Below are positions 56,612-64,000 of a stretch of DNA of 64,000 nt, in pieces. Source of the DNA: Thermoplasmata archaeon. Its GTDB lineage: Archaea; Thermoplasmatota; Thermoplasmata; Thermoplasmatales; ARK-15. Position 1 is the first letter of the stretch, and the number at the start of each line of letters is the position of its first letter. Location of the stretch: the NCBI GenBank assembly GCA_038729465.1, contig JAVYRZ010000005.1, positions 2,970 to 66,969 on the forward strand, read 5' to 3'. The notes beneath the pieces were generated by a model that had not been told where the DNA came from, ran no database searches, and saw only the letters and a program-made list of their open reading frames with translations. The translations under genes and the position numbers were made by a program.

Positions 56612-56651
56612 GAACATAGATTTGCATAATTAAAAAATAAAAGAAATTGTT

Positions 56652-57017
56652 TTATTCTATTTCAATTTCTACAGAGTTTTCCCAGACACCGTGAACATTG
56701 CAGTATTCAAGCACATAAAGCGTTGTTTTTTTCTCGATTTTCATTCTAAATGTCACATTTGGGTCTGCGAAAGTTGGGCCCATGTCGAAAGTAGCAACAT
56801 GTACCGGATTGTATGGTCTTCCATCTATCTGGGCATAAACCTGTATCCATTTGATATGATGTTCTATCAGATTTGGGTGTGGTACATCCTTTCCGACAGT
56901 CACATTCACTGTAAAAAACTGCCCTGCCTTAACTTTTTTCGGTGCGTCTATAATTGGCACATGTTTCTCTTTTCCTTCTTTTTCAGGAGAAACTATTACA
57001 TCTCCAAATTTTTTCAT
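56652..57017 (-). CDS. Superoxide reductase (neelaredoxin / 1Fe-SOR type)
   Basis: 121 aa with EKHVPIID, HPNLIEHHIKWIQVY and CNVHGVWE, supplying the His4-Cys iron ligands. Confidence 0.85.
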   Translation of the reverse strand: MKKFGDVIVSPEKEGKEKHVPIIDAPKKVKAGQFFTVNVTVGKDVPHPNLIEHHIKWIQVYAQIDGRPYNPVHVATFDMGPTFADPNVTFRMKIEKKTTLYVLEYCNVHGVWENSVEIEIE

Positions 57018-57209
57018 TTTTTAAACACCTCTTTTTTCAATAAATCATTATTCATACCATATTAAAAACTTTACTATTTTTTTATTTAATAATGAAAAGA
57101 TATGTTGCAGCTATTCAAAATAGGTATTTAAATGAGCAAAGCGTTAAGAATAGAGAGAATAACAGTTCAAAAATAGAAAGATTTTTACACAACTTTCACT
57201 TTATAATAG

Positions 57210-57485
57210 TTGATGATAAAAAGAGCACATGTTTACTTTTCAGGATTAGTACAGGGTATATTCTTCAGAGCATTCGTCCGCGATGAAGCCAAAAGACTAA
57301 GCTTAAATGGCTGGGTCAGAAATTTAGAGGACGGAAGAGTAGAGGCGGTGTTTGAGGGTACAGAACCTACTATAAATACAATATTAGAATTATGTCAAAC
57401 TGAACATCCTAGAGCTCGAATAAGCAAAATGGATATAAAATGGGAAAATCCTGAAAACTTAAAAGGGTTTAAAATACTTTACTAA
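57210..57485 (+). CDS. acyP: Acylphosphatase
   Basis: It has HVYFSGLVQGIFFRAFVRDEAKRLSLNGWVRNLEDGRVEAVFEG. The true start is probably ATG 57213 (the track start is a TTG). Confidence 0.85.
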   Translation: MMIKRAHVYFSGLVQGIFFRAFVRDEAKRLSLNGWVRNLEDGRVEAVFEGTEPTINTILELCQTEHPRARISKMDIKWENPENLKGFKILY

Positions 57486-57567
57486 CTATAAGAGTTTCAT
57501 ACTTTCTAGTGTTATGGATAGTTGAAGTTGAAAAATTTTAATCTGCAAATAATAGTTTTTAGTCAGT

Positions 57568-58662
57568 TTACAGGTTCAAAAAAATAGAAACAAGATCTCC
57601 ATCCTGCAGCACATGCTCTAAGCCAACACGTTGCTGTGTAAATTTTACACTTTTTCCTGTTACGAGCGCAAACTTAAACTTTTTAATAAAATCTTTGTGG
57701 ATCGCTCTACATAACATTTCTACATTAGTACCCTTCTTAACGACCATGGTTTCCAGCGGCTTATTTTGCGGTTTTAAATATATCTTTATAAAGTTTAGTG
57801 CTCGAAAAAGCTGTTCTTTTAGATCATCTAACCCTATATTTGACTCAGCAGATATTTTAACAAAAGCCAAATTGGAGGGTATGGTAGCTATGATCTCTCT
57901 TAACTTAGCCTCTCTTACTAAGTCAATCTTATTTAATACTACCAGCGCTGGCAGATAAACTCTATTCTCGCTCAGATAATCTATAAGCTGGTCTACTGAT
58001 GCATCTTCTCTAAATATTATACTCGCATTTGCGATTCTATATTCTTTTAATATTATCTCGATCAAGGGCGCGCTCAATTTTGTAAGTTTTACTGTTGAAT
58101 TGAGGTCTATGCCACCCTTGCTTTTTTTAGTTAATACTATGTTTGGTGGGTTTGTGTTCAATCTTATCCCAGATTCATACAGCTCATCCAGGATAGGTTT
58201 AACCTGATAATGTTCAGTGTCTACAACTATCAAGATCAGGTCTGAGTTGCGCGCAACACTGATAACTTCTCTGCCTCGACCTTTTCCCTTTGAAGCACCG
58301 ATTATGATTCCTGGCATGTCCAAAAGCTGTAATTTTGCGCCATTGTATTCCATTATCCCAGGTATTATAGTAAGCGTCGTAAAATCGTAGGCTGCAGTCT
58401 CACTTTTTGCGTTTGTGATCTTGTTCAAAATTGTGCTTTTTCCAACGCTCGGATATCCTACAATAGCTACTGTAGCATTACCAGATTTCTTAACAGCATA
58501 TCCTTCTCCGCCAGTTCTGGCACTTCTACGCTTTTCCTGTTCTCTCTTCAATTTTGCAAGTTTAGCTTTTAATCTCCCTATGTGAAATTCTGTGGCTTTG
58601 TTATACTGTGTTTTACGAATCTCTGCCTCAATTTCTGCAATTTGATCGTCTATTAAACTCAT
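57568..58662 (-). CDS. DRG-type (Obg superfamily) GTP-binding protein with C-terminal TGS domain
   Basis: 364 aa with the G1 motif GYPSVGKST, G3 motif LDMPG and G4 motif NKID. The C-terminal TGS-like segment ends ...LQDGDLVSIFL. Confidence 0.88.
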   Translation of the reverse strand: MSLIDDQIAEIEAEIRKTQYNKATEFHIGRLKAKLAKLKREQEKRRSARTGGEGYAVKKSGNATVAIVGYPSVGKSTILNKITNAKSETAAYDFTTLTIIPGIMEYNGAKLQLLDMPGIIIGASKGKGRGREVISVARNSDLILIVVDTEHYQVKPILDELYESGIRLNTNPPNIVLTKKSKGGIDLNSTVKLTKLSAPLIEIILKEYRIANASIIFREDASVDQLIDYLSENRVYLPALVVLNKIDLVREAKLREIIATIPSNLAFVKISAESNIGLDDLKEQLFRALNFIKIYLKPQNKPLETMVVKKGTNVEMLCRAIHKDFIKKFKFALVTGKSVKFTQQRVGLEHVLQDGDLVSIFLNL

Positions 58663-58745
58663 AATTTTATTGTGAGATTATAAATAACTTAATATTAACT
58701 TTTTTCAAAATCTGATATAAATAAACAGTATCTGTGAAAATTTGA

Positions 58746-61700
58746 CTATGTAACTCTCAATCCTACTTTGTTCATTACACCCTTAACTATGTTCCTGTAT
58801 TTTACAGCAGCCTCGAAACTGATGATCTTGATCTCGTTCTTCTTTTTAGAGGCTTTAAAGTATCCTGCAAGAACGCTATTATCATATATTAAGTACGCAT
58901 TTTTTATTTTTTTCTGCTTTAAATCTTCAGCTAAAAACCGGTACAAAATATCCTGCGGAGACAAAATAAAAAATCCTTTGAGGTCAATGGCTCCCATTAA
59001 CTTAAAATCTTCTTTTAAGAGCCAGTAAAGCTCATCATTTACAAATATTTTTATTATCAAGCCTTCACGTTCAAGAGTTTTCAAAAATTCAAAAATCAAG
59101 CTGGTGCTAACCAATCTTTCAACAAGCACCTTGATTTTCTGAACGTTTAATGCTCCAAATGCTTCAAACAGCTTTTTGACAAGCAAATATTGTGAAAAAT
59201 AAGAATCTCGATCTTTTTCTATCACTATATACGTATTTTTATCACTTTTTGCAATGTAGTTCTCTTTAAAAAGCTCTTCTAATATGTTTTTTGTAATCTC
59301 TGCCCCTAAAGGCGATTCTTCAAGCAGATTGGATTCTGTATAGTATGGGTTTCTTTTTATCAAGTTTAAAACTACAGCTTTCTGTTTTGTTAGTTTTCCA
59401 CCTTTTACATTTTTTAAAAGCTCTAGAGTCTCTTTGCTGCAGTAAGCAATAGTATCCGGTATGGTATAGCCTAAATAAAAGATTCTGTTTTTCAAATATT
59501 TTTCGCCAGCGCTTACAGTATTGCATCTAGCTATACTTTCTAAATCTGATCTTATTCCCAGATTCATTGCTTCAATTTCATTTACAGATCGTTTATATCC
59601 ACCTAACCCCTGCTTATAAAAAATATAGGAGTACAGATCTTTATATTCAAACTTTTTTTCGTATAAGGTGCCATAATAATAAACATCATTCAGTTTTTTA
59701 AACCCGAAATTTAGTAATGAATTCATATTCTCAGGATCTATTTGTTTTCTGAGAATCAGCAGATCTTGATTCTTGAATTTTAGATACTTATCCAGCACTT
59801 TTAAACTTTCATCAAACTGCTTTTTTTCAGATACTGTTATATCTTCTATCTCTGAATATGAGGCTCGATCATTAATTTTTAATGCGGCTATAATCTTACC
59901 ATCATTTACCATAAAATAGTTAAAATCGTAGCCAAAATCAGAAAAAATCTCACTGTAATATGGCAGTAAATATGGGTCATGGAGATCCATCAACACAGTT
60001 TCAGAAACGTTTTTATCCAAAATGTTCTCTCCTTTTGAATAATAGTATTTTACTTTATCCAGCTCCAAGTTTTCAACAGTTAGATTATCCAAAATCTGCT
60101 GCAGCTCATACTTCTCCATGCCAGTAATGTTTTCAAGGTCATACACGTTCAATGGTCCAAGTCTGGTTATGATGTTATATATTAGATCAGATTTAGTGCT
60201 ATAGTCTTCAATGCCTAAACTCACATAATTCAAAGTTTTATTATTTTCTTCAAATTCTTCAAATTTCCTGCCAACCTTCAAATTTTCATCAAGCACATTT
60301 AACAATTTTCTCACAATTCTAGAATCCTCGTTTAAATACCTGGATATCGTTTGAGCATTGGCATTGTCTAATGAATTAATTGCCTGCAAAACCTTCGCTT
60401 CTTGACTATTAACATTATATGCCTTGATATTGAACAAGGCTGCAAGATCGATAGTAGTGTAACATAGCCTATTTTTCAAGAACTTTGCATATGCTATTCT
60501 GTTATTTATTCTTAATATTTTCCAATCTTCAAAGCTGTCTACTCTTAAAAATACAGAGTATGAACTATCTGCAAACAGGTATTTATCAAAATAATCAAAT
60601 ATGCTATCTACTTTTTTTGTTAATTTGTAAAATCTATATCTTTTAATTGTTTCAAAATCTAGGTGTTTTATGTTTTTTATATTTTCATAGTCTTCAGTAA
60701 GCATATATTGATTTTCATAGCCTACCAAAAATCTGCCGTACTTTATGTAATTTTCCTGCAAAAGCCGCTCAAGCAAGGCATCAAATTGATCTGGCGTAAA
60801 CCCGATCTTGAACAATAATTCATCTTTTGTGAGCGGACCATAAGAACCTAACAACTTGGTAATCAAAAACCTTAAAGATTCTTGATAATCTGCTTTATTC
60901 TCAGACCTAACACCCCATAGAATATCTCCATCTTCCATGCCCAATCTGTAAATTAAATTAGAGCGCTCCAAATCTTTTAACTGATCAAAAAACAGGTCTT
61001 TTCTCATGTTCAGCTCTTTGATTGCATCTTTTGATTTTTTGTGGTCGAGTACTCTCAACAACTCTGAATACTCTGACTTAGAGTCATGTTGATACAATGC
61101 TAAATAATAGGGTAGATACTCATTAATGGTCCATGTGATCTGAGTGGTGTAAATGGTAGTAACCTTCTCTTTTCTCAACAGAGCTATGGCCATGTTTCTT
61201 AAAGTCTCATATTTTAAAGTGCTGTGAGAGTAAATGTTTGTGCCTCTCTGCAAAAATAGTTCACTTGCACCTACCAGCTTTAAAAATGATAGTATATCCT
61301 CTTCAGTTTCTATAGCTTTGAATTTTGAGTTGAAATAATTAGTAACCTGCTCGGGATCAAAGGTTGCATATAACTGCTCTTTTGGTAATACCCTCTCTAA
61401 AACCTTCATATGTATCTCTTTCAACAGCGCGTTGCGGTCTTCCATCAAAACTATGTCTGAAATGCTTGCTAAAATTATGCTGTTTGAAAATATGCTTGGA
61501 GTTTCAGAATAGGGTTTTAATACAATGCTGATCTTTCCAGATTCTATACGCTCTAAAACCTCTTTTGCATGAGGCAGGTCCATTGCTATATTAAAAATCT
61601 CATTATATGTTTCATCAACAATCGGAAAATCTTTAATTTCTCTTAAAATATCCAGTATTTTATCACTTCTAAGCTGCTGTCTCGCCACCGATATGCTCGC

Positions 61701-63977
61701 AGATTTATATCTTCTTAAAACCATGAACGATCGTGCTGCACAGTGACGAAACCTTTGTTTGTAAAGCTCGGTGCTGTTTAAGGCAGATTTCAATATTTCG
61801 TCCAGGTATTTACTTTTTACAAGCATTGGTATATCGTCAAGATCTATTTTCTTGCTTGTAGTGATCATAAAAGCATCGTCTGTAATGGATAATCTGACAT
61901 TGGTACTGTATTTTCCCGATATTGCATAAGCATAGGCCCTTGAAAGCGCATCGTTTACTCTCCTTCCAAAAGGATAGTGAAATATTATGTTTGATTTTTT
62001 GGAGTTGTCTATGTACCCTTCAATCAACAATCTTTTATCTGTGGGTACAGTTTCAAGCATCTGCTCTTTAATGTATGTTATTATACTTTTGGCACCATAC
62101 TCATCTACATGCGTAGTATCGATCAGATATTGAACTGGATTTTCACCATTTTTCAACATCTGTGAAAGCTCGTCTCGGAACTTGCCTACTTCAATGCTCA
62201 GATCATAGCTTCTGGGCAACATCTCTCCGGTCCATGAGGGAACTGTAGGCTTCTTTCCTGCTGCATTTTTAACATACACTTTCGAACCTCTAGTTTTCTG
62301 AAACTCATATGATTTGGCTCCTAATACAAAAATATCACCACTTTTCAAACGTTCAACAAACTTTTCACTTAACATGCCGAGCGGTACGTTTCTTTCATCA
62401 AATACTGTATAATCTGCCTCTTCTGGAATAGTTCCCATGTTCATAAAATAGATCATTCTCGTACTTCTTTTCTTTCCGAACTTATTTTGCTCTTCATCAT
62501 ACCATATTTTCGAATAAAAAGGCTCACCGTATGTTTTGCCAGATAGATAATTTATTACGTTCATGAAATCTTTTCGATCCAGCTCACTATAACAGTATGA
62601 TCTTTTTATCAGCTTATACGCGTTGTCCAAATCCCATACATTTTCAAGGCTCATGCCCACTATTACCTGCGACAGCACGTCCAGAGAATTTTTCGGCGTG
62701 AATATTCGGTCTAGTTTATTGTCATAAGCTTGCTTTACAAGCACTGCGCATTCTATCAGATCATCATTATCAAACACCACAAATCTCCCTTTTGCTACAG
62801 ATCCATAAGCATGCCCGCTTCTGCCAACTCTCTGCAATCCTTTAGAAATGCTCTTTGGTGACCCGATCTGAACTACTATGTCTATGTACCCGATATCAAT
62901 ACCGAGCTCTAATGAAGTAGACGTGATCACACATTTTAATTTTCCCTGCTTTAAAGACTCTTCTACGTTTATTCTTGTAATTTTTCCCAGCGATGAATGA
63001 TGCACTTCTAATGAATCTATGCCTCGCTGTTTTAATTTTATGGCCACATGCTCACTGCCACTTCTGGTATTTGTGAAAATTAAGGTGGTTTTGTGAGTGT
63101 TAATTATGTTTTCAAGAATATCATACATCTTCTCGTTTGCTATTTCATAAGGAACTGCATTCAGGTCAGGAACTGGTGTAATAACTTTCAAATCTAATGA
63201 TTTTCGGGTCTCTACTTCTGAAATATACACTTTTCTCAATTGCCCATCTCTGTATCCAACTAGGTACTTTGCCATCTCTTCAATCGGAGACTGCGTGGCA
63301 GATAACCCGATCCTTACAAATTCTCCTGCATATTCTGCAAGGCGCTCGAGGTTCAGTGACAGCATCACACCTCTCTTAGAAGATGAAAGTTCATGGATTT
63401 CATCAACGATCACATATCTCACATTTCTGAATTTCTCTCTGAATTTTAGTGAGGAAAGTACCATTCCCAGAGATTCGGGAGTGGTGATGAATATGTTTGG
63501 TGGCTTTTTTAACATTTTCTGACGCACGCTGGTTGGAGTATCGCCAGATCTGACCCCCACCGTGATTTTTGGCAAATTTAAATTTTCTTTTTTGCCGAGC
63601 TCATAGATCTCATTTAACGGCACTTCTAAGTTTCTGTGAATATCGTTAGCAAGTGCTTTCAGTGGTGAAATATATACACAGTATACCTGATCTTCCAGCT
63701 TTTCTTGTTTTGCAAGCAAAAATAATTCATTGATTATAGTCAAAAATCCAGTAAGCGTCTTTCCTGAACCAGTGGGTGCAGAGATCAAAACATTTTTACC
63801 GCTGTGTATATACTTTACTGCATATGCCTGCGGCTCAGTAAGTGTGCTGTATTTTGAGTTAAACCAGTCCTTTACTATTGGATCAAATAAAGATAGTAAC
63901 TCTTCTTTGCTCGTAGATTTATTAATATATCTTATCTCATTAGCCATTAAACAAATCGTCAAATGAAGTAATCTCAA
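58746..63977 (-). CDS. lhr: Lhr-type DEAD/DEAH-box superfamily 2 helicase, very long form with winged-helix-rich C-terminal half
   Basis: It has motif I SAPTGSGKT, motif II VIVDEIHEL, motif III-like SAT and motif VI QRVGRSGH, followed by an Lhr domain-4-like region. Roughly 870 further residues are leucine-rich and WH-like. The likely true start is ATG 63947 (MANEIRY). Confidence 0.85.
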   Translation of the reverse strand: MRLLHLTICLMANEIRYINKSTSKEELLSLFDPIVKDWFNSKYSTLTEPQAYAVKYIHSGKNVLISAPTGSGKTLTGFLTIINELFLLAKQEKLEDQVYCVYISPLKALANDIHRNLEVPLNEIYELGKKENLNLPKITVGVRSGDTPTSVRQKMLKKPPNIFITTPESLGMVLSSLKFREKFRNVRYVIVDEIHELSSSKRGVMLSLNLERLAEYAGEFVRIGLSATQSPIEEMAKYLVGYRDGQLRKVYISEVETRKSLDLKVITPVPDLNAVPYEIANEKMYDILENIINTHKTTLIFTNTRSGSEHVAIKLKQRGIDSLEVHHSSLGKITRINVEESLKQGKLKCVITSTSLELGIDIGYIDIVVQIGSPKSISKGLQRVGRSGHAYGSVAKGRFVVFDNDDLIECAVLVKQAYDNKLDRIFTPKNSLDVLSQVIVGMSLENVWDLDNAYKLIKRSYCYSELDRKDFMNVINYLSGKTYGEPFYSKIWYDEEQNKFGKKRSTRMIYFMNMGTIPEEADYTVFDERNVPLGMLSEKFVERLKSGDIFVLGAKSYEFQKTRGSKVYVKNAAGKKPTVPSWTGEMLPRSYDLSIEVGKFRDELSQMLKNGENPVQYLIDTTHVDEYGAKSIITYIKEQMLETVPTDKRLLIEGYIDNSKKSNIIFHYPFGRRVNDALSRAYAYAISGKYSTNVRLSITDDAFMITTSKKIDLDDIPMLVKSKYLDEILKSALNSTELYKQRFRHCAARSFMVLRRYKSASISVARQQLRSDKILDILREIKDFPIVDETYNEIFNIAMDLPHAKEVLERIESGKISIVLKPYSETPSIFSNSIILASISDIVLMEDRNALLKEIHMKVLERVLPKEQLYATFDPEQVTNYFNSKFKAIETEEDILSFLKLVGASELFLQRGTNIYSHSTLKYETLRNMAIALLRKEKVTTIYTTQITWTINEYLPYYLALYQHDSKSEYSELLRVLDHKKSKDAIKELNMRKDLFFDQLKDLERSNLIYRLGMEDGDILWGVRSENKADYQESLRFLITKLLGSYGPLTKDELLFKIGFTPDQFDALLERLLQENYIKYGRFLVGYENQYMLTEDYENIKNIKHLDFETIKRYRFYKLTKKVDSIFDYFDKYLFADSSYSVFLRVDSFEDWKILRINNRIAYAKFLKNRLCYTTIDLAALFNIKAYNVNSQEAKVLQAINSLDNANAQTISRYLNEDSRIVRKLLNVLDENLKVGRKFEEFEENNKTLNYVSLGIEDYSTKSDLIYNIITRLGPLNVYDLENITGMEKYELQQILDNLTVENLELDKVKYYYSKGENILDKNVSETVLMDLHDPYLLPYYSEIFSDFGYDFNYFMVNDGKIIAALKINDRASYSEIEDITVSEKKQFDESLKVLDKYLKFKNQDLLILRKQIDPENMNSLLNFGFKKLNDVYYYGTLYEKKFEYKDLYSYIFYKQGLGGYKRSVNEIEAMNLGIRSDLESIARCNTVSAGEKYLKNRIFYLGYTIPDTIAYCSKETLELLKNVKGGKLTKQKAVVLNLIKRNPYYTESNLLEESPLGAEITKNILEELFKENYIAKSDKNTYIVIEKDRDSYFSQYLLVKKLFEAFGALNVQKIKVLVERLVSTSLIFEFLKTLEREGLIIKIFVNDELYWLLKEDFKLMGAIDLKGFFILSPQDILYRFLAEDLKQKKIKNAYLIYDNSVLAGYFKASKKKNEIKIISFEAAVKYRNIVKGVMNKVGLRVT

Positions 63978-64000
63978 ATATTAAAAGTTATCTATGCGAA

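Noticed and set aside
57092-57286. 64-aa plus-strand ORF upstream of acylphosphatase
   Set aside because: It lies mostly in an A/T-rich promoter spacer and runs out of frame into the acyP coding region. The peptide is low-complexity.
1-64000. CRISPR arrays, tRNA or rRNA genes, transposases, integrases, prophage or plasmid modules
   Set aside because: I saw no direct-repeat/spacer periodicity, no tRNA-like T-arm or acceptor patterns in any spacer, and no recombinase-like ORF. The window looks like stable core chromosome. A tRNAscan or Infernal run would be needed to exclude small RNAs hidden inside or antisense to genes.

Overview
This window is an AT-rich, very gene-dense archaeal chromosomal core region. 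Spacers are short or overlapping, and GGTG/GGAGG Shine-Dalgarno-like motifs sit in front of most genes. Archaeal hallmarks include GatD/GatE, r-proteins eL32/eL19/eS4/eL37, Alba, an Sm protein, Cbf5, a Nop5-like protein, Dph2, aSUI1, RNase P protein Rpp29, and archaeal-type adenylate and cytidylate kinases. The centrepiece (12.8-29.7 kb) is the complete L3->L15 ribosomal-protein cluster followed by secY-adkA-DUF106-cmk-cbf5-nop5. The left flank carries peroxiredoxin, Pcc1, prefoldin beta, an Lrp/TRASH regulator, a bacterial-type QueA, a por(GDAB)-ior(AB)-GGR-like block, MarC and FolP. The right flank carries purF, rpl37e, Sm, Alba, a methyltransferase, mfnA, dph2, purN, a four-gene SPFH/zinc-ribbon membrane cassette, trpS, ilvA, a minus-strand eno-rps2-Memo-M18-CoA-binding-DedA run, a PIN-ATPase-KH protein, gatDE, tmk, pepQ, ilvE, superoxide reductase, acylphosphatase, DRG GTPase and a 1743-aa Lhr-type helicase. 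I saw no rRNA, tRNA, CRISPR array, transposase or integrase. The gene content (Por plus Ior, superoxide reductase, peroxiredoxin, several peptidases) suggests an anaerobic or microaerophilic peptide-fermenting euryarchaeon, possibly Thermoplasmata-related; this is inference only. Two real genes under 60 aa are missing from the ORF track: rps14 and rpl37e. The findings most worth a second look are:
- the uncharacterised SPFH/zinc-ribbon cassette at 36.0-39.1 kb;
- a 322-bp ORF-free, G/C-enriched, hand-foldable spacer at 50.4-50.7 kb, a candidate structured RNA of unassigned class;
- the double-length Lhr helicase;
- the embedding of the PurF propeptide coding sequence inside rpl37e;
- a QueA homologue in an archaeal context.
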